Source: Amoeboradix gromovi X-113 (taxonomy: Eukaryota; Fungi; Sanchytriomycota). From it: a DNA stretch of 23,829 nt. Of this stretch, positions 1-10,013 are shown piece by piece. The position numbers and the translations under genes are program-made. Within the stretch, counting starts at the first letter, position 1. Every line of letters starts with the position of its first letter. The stretch is from contig JADGIF010000065.1 in assembly GCA_018985225.1 (NCBI GenBank), positions 1 through 23,829 on the forward strand, written 5' to 3'. The notes below the pieces were generated by a model, which saw only the letters and a program-made list of their open reading frames with translations, was not told where the DNA came from and made no database searches.

Positions 1-171
1 CATATATTTGAACGAGATGCAGGGTGTTCTACTTTTATTTTGAAGAGGGGATTGAAGGTAATGAAAGAAAATTGGTATAATAGAAGATCTTTTATTAATG
101 ATAGCATTTCCTCTCTATGGAGCACGTTTAAAAACGAGTTAGTCTAGTTTTTATATTTGGTGTACCATATG
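1..171. mobile_element. Right-hand part of a MITE-like TIR element (left end outside window or decayed)
   Basis: About 36-171 aligns by eye at roughly 80% with 21400-21538. It ends in AGTTAGTCTAGTTTTTATATTTGGTGTACCATATG, the reverse complement of the TIR starting at 12522 and 21260. Confidence 0.8.
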
Positions 172-180
172 ACGACGACT

Positions 181-540
181 ATGTTTAGAGTGGCTAAAAA
201 CAAGCTAACCAACCACGTCGATTGTGTTTATCAAGTATGTATTGATTGCAAGATTAAGTAGCATCCTGTCAATATAATAAATGCTCTGAAATAAATCTCT
301 TATTTTGATCTTATCGGACCTATTGTTCTAATATAATAAGTAGTTTATGTTTGGTGTCTCGAGTTCAACGAACCTAATGTGATAAAGCTGGTAACAACTC
401 AAGTGCTACCTCAATGGTGAAATATATGGACACAAAAAGATCGCATAAACATGAATATTGCTCTGTAGCAGTTGATGATGCTAACGTTACTTTGGGTTTT
501 AAGAATTTACCAGTTGGTTGATGACTCAACGAGATTTGGC
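181..540 (+). pseudogene. Degenerate Merlin/IS1595(ISXO2)-like transposase, N-terminal fragment
   Basis: Manual translation across stops and frameshifts gives CIDCK...SYFDLIGPIVLI**VVYVW...CSVAVDDANVTLGFKNLPV/VDDS. This resembles the CxxC...F...IYxW...C...IGGxxxxVEVDES layout of Merlin transposases and the relic at 23380-23829. Confidence 0.45.
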
Positions 541-613
541 ATAGTAGTCATTTCTCTAATTGAGGTTCTGAGCAACAGATACTAAAAGAAACCAGCTCTT
601 TGCATTGTGGCTC

Positions 614-1405
614 ATGGAAATCGAAATTTTATTAATTCCTCAAACTAACAAGTTCCTTGGTACTAAATCAGTTATTTTAATAGAGAATAAGGAAAAGGTT
701 TTAGGCCGCGCTGGAAGCAAGGTAGATATCACGTTCAATTCAAAAGTCATAAGTCGACGACATGCTGTTTTTATTAGTAAAAACAAAAAACTGTTCTTGA
801 AGGACGCTGGAAGCAGTAGCGGAACATTTGTTAATAGCAGCAGGCTGTCAAGTATCGGTAAGGAATCTGAATATATGGAAATAAAAGATGGCGATGTCAT
901 TCAATTTGGTGAGACATTTCAACAAGCGGAAATACTTCATCCTTGCGTTCAATGCAAGATTTATTTAGCCAAGTCTTTCAATGGCGATTTAATAGGGCCA
1001 GAAACAGCAGAAGATATAGAGCAAGAATATCAAGAATTATGTAAAAGGTTGGACGAAAAGTCCAATATCTTGGGTATTTTGGAGGGTAGAAGAAACAGAA
1101 AAACTGGAAGTATCAGGCCTGTTGGAGCAGAAGAGTATAAGAGACTCCATAACAAATATTCCCTTCACCCTCTGATAACTGATACAGATATGGCTCTATT
1201 TGGTTTAATTGACGAGATTCTAAGTGAATACACAGAAGCACAAAAAACTACAATGACTTACTTGTTAGAAAAGATAGCAACAGAACAAGCTGATTCTCAA
1301 GCATCGATGTTTAGACGGCCAAGTGAAATACCGATATATGCGGGTGAGACTGAAGAAAAACCAGCTCAAAGATCTACTGATCTAAAACTAGGGCCAATAT
1401 TTTAA
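614..1405 (+). CDS. FHA-domain protein (Dma1/Vps64-SLMAP-like FHA; no RING seen)
   Basis: FHA motifs LGR, SKVISRRHA, DAGSSSGTFVN, GDVIQFG. First ATG is at 614 (the ORF track starts at TTG 605). AATAAA overlaps the stop. Confidence 0.85.
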   Translation: MEIEILLIPQTNKFLGTKSVILIENKEKVLGRAGSKVDITFNSKVISRRHAVFISKNKKLFLKDAGSSSGTFVNSSRLSSIGKESEYMEIKDGDVIQFGETFQQAEILHPCVQCKIYLAKSFNGDLIGPETAEDIEQEYQELCKRLDEKSNILGILEGRRNRKTGSIRPVGAEEYKRLHNKYSLHPLITDTDMALFGLIDEILSEYTEAQKTTMTYLLEKIATEQADSQASMFRRPSEIPIYAGETEEKPAQRSTDLKLGPIF

Positions 1406-1510
1406 TAAAACTTTTTGATTATGTTCACAGTATCATATCAAAGACTCTTCCATTTTTATGCGCGTAAAGTTGTAATATATTAAGATTTTAAGGGGTCCGT
1501 TTCATTTACT

Positions 1511-2266
1511 ATGGCAGAAAGAGAAATAGTATGTGGAAGCATTGCTGGAATATGTGCGAAATTGGCAGAGCATCCGCTAGATACAATAAAGACCAGGCAG
1601 CAAACTACTGGTGAGACTATATTTAAAATTGGACATGATTTAGTTGGAGAACATTGGAAATCCATTTATAAAGGTGTAAGTTTACCTTTGTTTGGTTCTG
1701 TAATCGAAAACGCATCTCTTTTTGGACTTTACAAATTTGCTTTTAATTACACTGACAACTCTATTATCTCTGGCGGGTTTTCAGGATTTACAACTTCGTT
1801 TCTACTGACTCCAATTGAGCTGGTTAAAGTAAGGTGCCAGGTCAATACCCTGCACTATCACACATACGATGCCTTTAATATACTTAAAGAAGTGCATAGA
1901 CAAGGTATCTGGTATCATGGCCATGTTGCTACTTGCACAAAAGAGACTCTAGGAGGAATAGTATGGTTCGGGACCTATTACGCCTATATAAATTCGATAA
2001 AAAGCCCCTCAACTTCACACTACTTCTTTGGTGGGTGTTTAGCTGGTATTTCATATAATTTACTTTTGTATCCTGTTGATGTTCTGAAATCAAAAAGACA
2101 AGCTTCCGGACTGCCGATGGGCTCTATAATTAAGCAAATGGTTGAATCTAGGTTTAAAATATTCAATGGATTGTCAATGTCGCTGATAAAGTCTATCCCT
2201 TCATCTGGAATCACATTTCTTGTTTATGAATATGCGAGTTATTATTATGACGCCTTAAATAAATGA
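1511..2266 (+). CDS. Mitochondrial carrier, ornithine/basic amino-acid carrier type (ORT1-like), compact 251 aa
   Basis: Three Px[DE]xx[KR] signatures (PLDTIK, PIELVK, PVDVLK). ORT1-like segments PLFGSVIENASLF and KETLGGIVWFGTY. Confidence 0.9.
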   Translation: MAEREIVCGSIAGICAKLAEHPLDTIKTRQQTTGETIFKIGHDLVGEHWKSIYKGVSLPLFGSVIENASLFGLYKFAFNYTDNSIISGGFSGFTTSFLLTPIELVKVRCQVNTLHYHTYDAFNILKEVHRQGIWYHGHVATCTKETLGGIVWFGTYYAYINSIKSPSTSHYFFGGCLAGISYNLLLYPVDVLKSKRQASGLPMGSIIKQMVESRFKIFNGLSMSLIKSIPSSGITFLVYEYASYYYDALNK

Positions 2267-2324
2267 TATATTTTAGCTAATTCAAAACTTTTAATATCCT
2301 TGTCAATAAAGGGCCAAACACAAT

Positions 2325-4332
2325 ATGCAGCATCAATTAATCGACGCAAAGCATAGCTACCACCCAGCAGTCTTTGAAAATAAACCCTATTCTTTATTGA
2401 GTATTGTTGGAAGCCAGAGTAGTGGTAAATCTACCTTATTGAATGAAATGTTTAATTTACAATTTGATGTTATGCAAGCAACTAGAAAGCAAACTACAAA
2501 AGGTGTTGTACTTGATAAGTATATGAATGATGAAAAGCAAGTCATAGTCTGTGACGTCGAAGGAAGCGATGGTAGAGAACATGGTGAAGAGCAAAAAACC
2601 GAAAGATTGTTACTGTTGTTTGCCCTGTCAGTCTCTGATATTTTGTTGTTTAATCTCTTTGAAAACTCGGTAGGTTTATACCATGGTGCCAACATGGGAC
2701 TAATGAGAATGGTTCTTGAAATATATTACGAAATATTTATTGAACATCACCAAAATGAAAAAATTAAGAAGAAGACTCTACTATTCGTCGTTCGCGACTA
2801 CACTAATACTACCCCTGTGGAAGAAATGCGCAACATACTCTACAACGATATTGCAACTATTTGGTCTAATTTGACTGATAAGAACGTTGATTTATATTTC
2901 GATGTCAACATTCATGCTTTACCCCATTTTAAACTTCAAAAGCTAGAGTTCCAGGATTCCGTCAAGTCCCTCAAGAATAATATCATATCGCTACAATATA
3001 AAGACGAGCTGAGGGTTCATAGTGACTCTTTGAACGACTACATGAGTCGCATTTGGGAGCTAATCACGACCAATAAAGAGTTAGATGTCCCCACGCAAAT
3101 GGAGTTAGTGATGAAGTATAGGGTTCAAAGACTTGGCCAAGAGTGTTTAGACTCATTCCAAATAAACGTGCAACAACTAAAAGCACCTAGTTCATTCGAT
3201 GTCAACAATATGAATCATTTTATCATGAAATCCGACGAATTAGCCAATAAGGCATTTTGTGATTTCAAGTCTATCACTAAACGTGTTTCTATTGACATTT
3301 CTGATGTTTATCTGAACATTAAACAGGAGCTACATTTAAAGATTTTAGAGCATCTGAATTTAAGTACATGGTTTACCAAAATGGTTTCTGAGACTGAGGG
3401 CTGTTCTACTGTTCAGGATTTAATTAAATCAGTTGATACCATTAAAATGGCATATGACGCCTTAATTCCAGTCACTTCGGTATTAGATGCCAGGCATGTG
3501 TATTCCAAATTTAATGATGCACTGAAGAAAGCTAGTCATGCCGCTCATTCGTTGATTCTGGATGATATGGATTTGAACAAGGATTGGCGCTTTATTCTAA
3601 AGTTAAATGTTCAGGACGAATTCAATTCTAGTTTAAATAAAACCTGGGATGCATACAAATCAAACCTATTTGATTCTGGTATTTTAGACTAACTTAGAAT
3701 ACTCTCTACCAATGGATGCTGTTGTTCATCATTTTACTGTCCTGATTCGTAAAATCATCAACTCTTGTTTTACAACCACAGCTATTTTACAATACTTGAG
3801 ACAAACATTGGAGGATGGGTTGCTTTATATCCACAATACACCTCGTATTTATCAAAACAACGATGAGCTACTGCAGGAATTCTCAACTCAACTAGATTTG
3901 TTAAAGTCGCTGTTTAACAAGCTAAAAAAGCCTTCAACCTTACCCAGTTCTAGTATAGCTGTACCAGACGAAATTATGTCATTAGTTCCCTTATACTTAC
4001 CGGAATTAAGTGATGTTGGGTGGACTGAACTAAAGAAAAATGCAGATATTTTGTATATCGATCATCAGCGCAGGATCATGCAGAATAATCAGAAGATCCC
4101 GAAATACATATATTTTATACTTCTGTTGCTGGGATGGAACGAGCTGATGATGGTTATCAGCAACCCAATTTATTTAGTTTTGATGAGTTTTATTGGGATA
4201 TCTGTGATTGTTACCATTCAATTGGGTATGATGCCAATTGCTCAACACATGATTATGGAGGGGTTAACTAAGGCCGTTGAGTTTGTCAAAGACAAAGTGT
4301 ACGAAAAGGCTAATAAAAATAAACAAGACTAG
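2325..4332 (+). CDS. SEY1: SEY1/RHD3 ER-fusion GTPase; exons 2325-3678 and 3698-4332, 662 aa
   Basis: GSQSSGKSTLLN, RKQTTKG, DVEGSDGRE and LLFVVRD in exon 1. TM hairpin IPKYIYFILLLLGWNELMMVISNPIYL in exon 2. A 19-nt intron joins the two ORFs in frame (…FDS-E-YSLPMDA…). Confidence 0.93.
3679..3697 (+). other. 19-nt spliceosomal intron (phase 1) GTATTTTAGACTAACTTAG
   Basis: GT..AG ends and a canonical CTAAC branch motif. It contains the in-frame TAA that truncates the first ORF, and removing it restores the SEY1 frame. Confidence 0.9.
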
Positions 4333-4390
4333 TAAACAGCTTTCTTAAATACAGTTCAATGCTATGTACCTTGAGTGTTTTATTAATATA

Positions 4391-5849
4391 TCATATCTGA
4401 CTGGCCATGCTTAAATAATCATATGCTATCTCTGATATGGCTTCTTTAGCATATTTCTTGCTGCAAAACGTTCGGCTACGTGGATCTTTAAACTTTTGAT
4501 TGCCCACTATAACCAACTGTTCATACAGCGTGCTGCCATGGTGTGGACAAACTGATTCAATGGTTTGGTACTCCGGAAACGATATACCTTTCGAACTGCA
4601 ATACTCTACATAAGCATAAGCTACCATTTAGTAGACTGGCGTACTTCATACGTTCTTGCCTTTTAGCACCCAGTTCATTTTCAAACTCATTGTCCAAATC
4701 GATTGCATCTACACTTTCAATTTCAAAGCCAACTCGCTGCAAATATGACATCACCTTTAAAGATAAAGACCTCTTGGCTTCCTCTAGGGTAGGAAACCTA
4801 AAAGAAGAATAAAACTCAGTGAATCCGATTACGATTTTTAAATTTATTTGCGAAACTTGGTTTACAGTCTCTGTGATCGGCTCTATGACCAACTCGTCTA
4901 AATTCCTCTTTTTCAATAAATTTTCCAACCTTTGAAATGGAGGAATGCTACAAAAGGAAGGATCGTTGTAAAGCTTTTGATAGCCAAGCTCAAATAGCTG
5001 AAGCTCGCACTCCTCTTTTGTATTGGTAGTATTCTCAGATGAAATGGAGACAAGCAAATCACCAAATATTGACAAAGATCCAGAGTATCCTTTATTAATT
5101 TTTCGAACCTCTACTGAATGCAATAAGCCATGTTGATTTATTAAGTCAAAGAACAGCTGGTCTTTCCTTGTAACTTTTAGTTGGGCTTTGGGTTGGATAA
5201 CCTGGACTGCTGGTTTTTTTGATACCCAAGAATTGACAAGTGTTAGTTTGTACTCTTGATTTAACTTAATAAAATTTTGCATTTGTGTTTCACTGAATTC
5301 AAAAACATCTTGGTGCACGCCTTTAATTTGTACTTTGTAAACAGGCCTTAGGATTTGTAAAGCTGTTAGAATTACAAGCCATAATAAATGGTCTTCGAAA
5401 AAGCAAAAAAGCTTAAACGATTCTACAGTATAAAGTCCCTTCATTTTGCTAGCTAGTTGTAAAATTTTATCACTAAAAGCAGGTTGGACACCAAATGCAG
5501 GAACAAGTTGTATTGTCAAGTCTTTCAAAAGATTTATAACAGGGCTATCATTTGCGTATTTCAAGCAGCCCAAAATAACAACTTGGTCAACATAGGATTT
5601 AGACAGCAAGATATAATCACTTAAAAGGCTTTCGACATCTGCAGTTACGTTAAAATGAACCTTGTTATTCAGCTGAAATTGTTCGTAATTGCGGCAAGTA
5701 AAAACTAAATCATAGGCGGCAGTATCAATGGGATTAGAGCCCGCAAAACTAATGGAGCATGTTATTGCATTTTCATAAACAATTAACGGAAAGTTAAAGG
5801 GTTCTAGATTCAAAATCAAAAATGGCTTTTTAACAGACGCTTCCCTCAT
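4391..5849 (-). CDS. Protein with about three tandem dsRNA-binding-like domains; exons 5849-4625 and 4605-4391, 479 aa
   Basis: The spliced C-terminus reads YASLLNEYCSSKGISFPEY…VIVGNQKF…FCSKKYAKEAISEIAYDYL, a typical dsRBD. Two weaker dsRBD-like units lie upstream (…TKEECELQLFELGYQKL; PFQRLENLL…FPTLEEAKRSLSLKVMSYL). Confidence 0.75.
4606..4624 (-). other. 19-nt spliceosomal intron (phase 1) GTAGCTTATGCTTATGTAG
   Basis: GT..AG on the minus strand. Removal fuses ORFs 4557-5849 and 4391-4627 into an intact dsRBD helix 1 (LLN-E-YC). Confidence 0.85.
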
Positions 5850-5892
5850 ATGTTGGAGATTGCACGGAGTTGATTTTTTGTTAACATTTATT

Positions 5893-6297
5893 ATGTATAG
5901 TTCTCACGCGTTGAAATTGATGGAAAAGTACACCAACAAAGATAATAGAAAAGTTAAAAAGCTATCCAAGAAGGGGGGTGCAAAAGAAATTGTTGAGAAT
6001 TCAAAACTGGGCAAACAGATATTTTTTGGGAAAAAGTTAAACACTTTAGGACTAGGACAAATTGACGATGAAAGCTTTGATTTTCTAGCCGATGCTTTGC
6101 GCAAAAAAGATGCAAACCCGTTGTATGGAAAGTTCGTAAAGCATGATGAATCATTGAAAAATATACCATCCATTGAAAAGTTAGAAGAGTTTTCTTATCT
6201 TAGTGGCAAGGGAGGGGTATGCAAAAGCAGCGCGAAACTTCTAAGAATGGAGGCACTTTATGCCAAAGACAAGGCAGAGGAAGAAACCAAAAAGTAA
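5893..6297 (+). CDS. Small basic protein, divergent GPATCH4/Tma23-like nucleolar factor
   Basis: Motifs KKLNTLGLG, LYGKFVK and SAKLLRMEA recall GPATCH4/Tma23 conserved blocks. Start is ATG 5893 or 5920. Confidence 0.55.
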   Translation: MYSSHALKLMEKYTNKDNRKVKKLSKKGGAKEIVENSKLGKQIFFGKKLNTLGLGQIDDESFDFLADALRKKDANPLYGKFVKHDESLKNIPSIEKLEEFSYLSGKGGVCKSSAKLLRMEALYAKDKAEEETKK

Positions 6298-6316
6298 ACT
6301 ATTGTATAAAGCAAAT

Positions 6317-6643
6317 TTACTGAGGACTTACAGTGTCTTCAAACTTACTGGCTAATTTAATGATATTATGTCTAATTACTCTTGGATCCAAATCAAGTTG
6401 ATTCTTCAAATCTGGAAGCTCATTCGGGTTTATGTCAAAGGTCATTGCCCAATAGAAACCATGCTGGTAAGCCTGTTGATGAGATCGCATAGTATAAGGG
6501 AGTTCTCTAGTCCTCAAATCATCCAGTTTCCTAACAACTCCTTTCTTTTTTATTACTTGGGTTGCCAAGTTCTTAATCAATGAAGCGATCTTAGATTTGT
6601 CTATGTTTATCTTTGAAATAACCAGTAATTCATACAATGGCAT
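6317..6643 (-). CDS. MRP17: Mitochondrial ribosomal protein bS6m (Mrp17)
   Basis: MPLYEL start, GVVR, LPY, G.YW.M.FD and LDPRVIRHNIIKL match the S6 family. Confidence 0.9.
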   Translation of the reverse strand: MPLYELLVISKINIDKSKIASLIKNLATQVIKKKGVVRKLDDLRTRELPYTMRSHQQAYQHGFYWAMTFDINPNELPDLKNQLDLDPRVIRHNIIKLASKFEDTVSPQ

Positions 6644-7057
6644 ATTGTTTCCTCCTTATATGGGACAGATTTTGCGAAAATGTCGGCAACTAGGACTACA
6701 AATAAATCCTTCGAGACACTAACATAATAACAACCCATTCACTTCCTCTACTTCGAGCTTCGTTTTTCGTGCGAAGTCAAACAACTATACAAGTCTTTTT
6801 TTATTTTCATAGCAACGATGTTATCCCTGTCAAAGATTAGGATTCCTTGTTAAAGCGTCCAGTATTATTAAGCTTCTTTTACGTACTTCTACAAACCTGT
6901 TGAGATGAATCTTCGAATAATCTCCTAGTAAATGGCTTATCTTTTATCTTGCAGTTGATCTTCTCACTCTCTAACCATTGTAGCACAAGATAGGAGCATA
7001 AAAAAGACTAAAAACAAAGCTATTTGAGCATTACTTTTTACTGTTGCTTCTATCAAA

Positions 7058-8923
7058 ATGATTGTAATTAAAATATTTGGTGTCAATCCACTCGATAAAA
7101 ACACCCGCAAGGGCGTACGTCCAGTCATAATTGGGACCATTTTCCCGAATTCTGTCCTAAAGAGGATAACACAAGGGAACTGGATGACATCACCATTTGA
7201 TCGAATAACAACATCGTCTTCTAAAAACAGGCGAAAAACTTTGGAACGGAACTTAGAACTTAAAGGCAAAAAATCTAAAATCAAAGACAGAAGAGACAAA
7301 AGAAAATTTGGCCATCTTACAAACTCAACCGGTTTAACTCATGGCGGAAAGCCTTTAGACTTTGACAACATGGAAGATGTGAATTCTGAATCAGATGATG
7401 AAATGATAGATTTGAATGATCCGAATGTTCAAAGAAAAGAGACATTGAACGAGATCATCGCAAAATACAAGTTAGAAAGACAAAAAAAGCAACTTGAAAA
7501 AAGATTGCTAACTACTGCGGTTAAAAGGCTCGACGAAGAATTCAAAGAGGTTAAGCGCTATGTTAAAAATGCTGAATTTGTTGAAATATTACCAGATGAC
7601 TATGATTTAAACTTGCACAGGCTTACAGGTGATAAACGGGCAATGGCTGTTGAGCGTACCAAGTCAGTTGCAGAATTAATGATACAAGAAGCAGAAAAAA
7701 TTAAGTCTAGTAGCCTGGAAAACCCTGCAGACTCAGTAGCTGTTGGCGCTCCCATGCCCGAGAGCTTAGAAGGAATAGAACTCACCTACTCTAGTAATTA
7801 TACTGGCACTATAACAGGGCCTACCGAAAAGTCTGTATTTAATGTTGAAGAATCGGGCAAGCTGTCCTCCGATTCAGATACTAGTAGTTTGGAGTCTTTT
7901 CAAATGGCTGAAAATGCTCCAGATCTGGGCGACGGCTTCCCAAGCTCATTCAAATCTTTCTCTAAGATCATTAGTTCATCCGACAATCCTTCTCTTTACA
8001 TACGCAAGTGCAGAGTACTCTACTACACTTCCCCAGAACATCTGAAGCAATTGTTAGACTATTTACTGTGTCTAGTAGCATATAATCAAGATATTGTACC
8101 TTTGATAGACTCAGTTTATCCTCATTTATTCAGTCTAGTGTATGACTACAAATTGGATGCAAGCAAAAGACTACTAGTTATATTTAAGCAGCTTTTAGCT
8201 AAAAATGGCACCATCTCATCTTTGCTATCAAACAACGCGCTGATGTTGTTTAAATTTTGTACAAAAGTGTACAGTAGAGATTCTACGGTTGTAAGTAGTA
8301 TACTTTCAGTTTTGAGTCAATACCTGCGTTCATCCGTAGAAAGCAAGCTGTGCGTAGAGCAGGGTGTAAAAGCGGTTACCTTGATATCAAATTATTGTAA
8401 TTCAAACTTTGTTTACTGCCCTGAAATATATGTGTTTGGATTGAGATTTTTTAAAACTTTGCATGGACTAAGTTCTGCAGCTACAAGTGCACTATCGTGC
8501 TTTCATTTTGTTTCCATTTCAGAGTATGAGCCGAGTATTATAAGGCTATTCTCAAACATTCCGTTGGAGCATCCTTGTCGCGAGTTGTACTATTCTATTC
8601 TTCCAGAATTCAGAGAAAGACTGGACGTATCTTTAAAGCAAACACTAAATTTACAATCTCACAAAAAAGAGATGATGAAAATGCAAATACCTGTGTTTGG
8701 AGAGATGAGTAAAACTAAATCCGACACAATTAAGTTGAAGAAACGTTTGAGGAATGAAGGAAAGAGTCTTTTGAGAAACATACGAGCTGATCAACGTTGC
8801 ATTACTGGAAAGAAAGTTGCTGATATAAAGAGAAAAGACAAGGAATACGCTAAGTATATTAATAAGCTGACAGGTGACTTGGCACATGAAAATGGGGAGC
8901 ACAGAAGAAGCACAAATGAATAA
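7058..8923 (+). CDS. NOP14: Nucleolar protein 14 (SSU processome), shortened and divergent; true start may be ATG 7184
   Basis: SPF…RRKTL…KIKDRR..KFG, LTHGGKPL, EIIAKYKLERQ, RLDEEF, DDYD..L..L..DKRA…ERTKS, and C-terminal KLKKRLRNEGK…RNIRAD. Confidence 0.88.
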   Translation: MIVIKIFGVNPLDKNTRKGVRPVIIGTIFPNSVLKRITQGNWMTSPFDRITTSSSKNRRKTLERNLELKGKKSKIKDRRDKRKFGHLTNSTGLTHGGKPLDFDNMEDVNSESDDEMIDLNDPNVQRKETLNEIIAKYKLERQKKQLEKRLLTTAVKRLDEEFKEVKRYVKNAEFVEILPDDYDLNLHRLTGDKRAMAVERTKSVAELMIQEAEKIKSSSLENPADSVAVGAPMPESLEGIELTYSSNYTGTITGPTEKSVFNVEESGKLSSDSDTSSLESFQMAENAPDLGDGFPSSFKSFSKIISSSDNPSLYIRKCRVLYYTSPEHLKQLLDYLLCLVAYNQDIVPLIDSVYPHLFSLVYDYKLDASKRLLVIFKQLLAKNGTISSLLSNNALMLFKFCTKVYSRDSTVVSSILSVLSQYLRSSVESKLCVEQGVKAVTLISNYCNSNFVYCPEIYVFGLRFFKTLHGLSSAATSALSCFHFVSISEYEPSIIRLFSNIPLEHPCRELYYSILPEFRERLDVSLKQTLNLQSHKKEMMKMQIPVFGEMSKTKSDTIKLKKRLRNEGKSLLRNIRADQRCITGKKVADIKRKDKEYAKYINKLTGDLAHENGEHRRSTNE

Positions 8924-8932
8924 TAAACAATT

Positions 8933-9436
8933 TTATTCAGAGTTGATAGTAGATGCACTTCCAAGGTCAGATTCAAAGTCTATCCAAGTGATTTGAGATT
9001 TTTCAAGGTTTTCGGAATAAAACGAGTATTCTCTAAAACAGAACCGGTAGATCTTGAAAGTAATAATGGTAAGAATAACCATTCCAAGGTGATTAGATAT
9101 TAAATCATAGTAACTAGGTCTTTCATATCTATTAGATTCTAAACACTTTAAAATTGCATCAAGTCTGAAAATTTGGACAATATTTATAAGTGCATACGCT
9201 GCCGCTAGAATCTGCATAACTTTTAAAATTCTTTCTCCTTTCAGGCGATGTACATTTATAATTATGAATCCTGACATTCCAGTGGTAATTAAAATTATTG
9301 CTGAGAATATCTCCAAAGCATTTAGTATACATTTGTTCTGAAGCAGTGAAAATCCTCCAATTGTAACTATTGATCCATTTAAAATGTATAATGATTGCTT
9401 TATATCGCTTATATCAATTTCATAATTTTTTCTCAT
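8933..9436 (-). CDS. Hypothetical membrane protein, about 4 TM segments
   Basis: Open frame with four hydrophobic stretches. First ATG is at 9436. AATAAA overlaps the stop, as in the neighbouring genes. Confidence 0.65.
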   Translation of the reverse strand: MRKNYEIDISDIKQSLYILNGSIVTIGGFSLLQNKCILNALEIFSAIILITTGMSGFIIINVHRLKGERILKVMQILAAAYALINIVQIFRLDAILKCLESNRYERPSYYDLISNHLGMVILTIITFKIYRFCFREYSFYSENLEKSQITWIDFESDLGSASTINSE

Positions 9437-10013
9437 TTCGAATCTGACCGTGGCTTGCAAATCAAAACTTTAAGTAGTTGGGTGCTATGCAAGCTGCAAA
9501 GAAGCGTGAAGTAGCTTACTGCAGGTACAAACAAGACACATCCAGCTCAGGTAGCTAAGGTTTAAATAACTAAATGGAAATCTAGCGCTCAAAGTTAATT
9601 TTTCAAGCAACTGCTCAATTCTGGACTTAGCATTGATAAACTCAAGAAACTTACCACCTACATTTTTTGGGACACAAATATTCTTGAGTTTACTTGGTGA
9701 CACACTTTAGTAGACTAGGTCTCATGTTTGACTAAGCATGTAAGAAGATAAAATTTATTGGTAGATGTATCAAGTATTGTGTAAACAGACATCCAGACCT
9801 ACCTAGCACAGACCTGGTCAAGGATCAACAGGCGCATCAATATTGTACCAAGTTTAGCAGGGTAGTAACACTATTATAAGCATAGAAATTGACGTGCATG
9901 GCTTTCCGATACTATTGAAAACACAACGCAGCAATAAAGATCATAGCTGTATTGACAGTCTCGTGGAGTAGCTTTGCAAAGTTTACCAATCGGAGCTTAC
10001 TTGGATACTCTCC

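Noticed and set aside
3690-3712. Stop-codon reassignment, readthrough or programmed frameshifting as the cause of split genes
   Set aside because: The downstream parts are in different frames, all three stops end conserved genes normally, and each break is explained by a GT-AG segment with a shared consensus.
6793-6812. 20-nt GT..AG segment GTCTTTTTTTATTTTCATAG
   Set aside because: GTC donor, no A at -6, and no credible flanking reading frame.
9480-9950. Possible gene in the spacer (ORF 9485-9703 and plus-strand fragments)
   Set aside because: Multiple stops and no recognisable family; probably decayed sequence.
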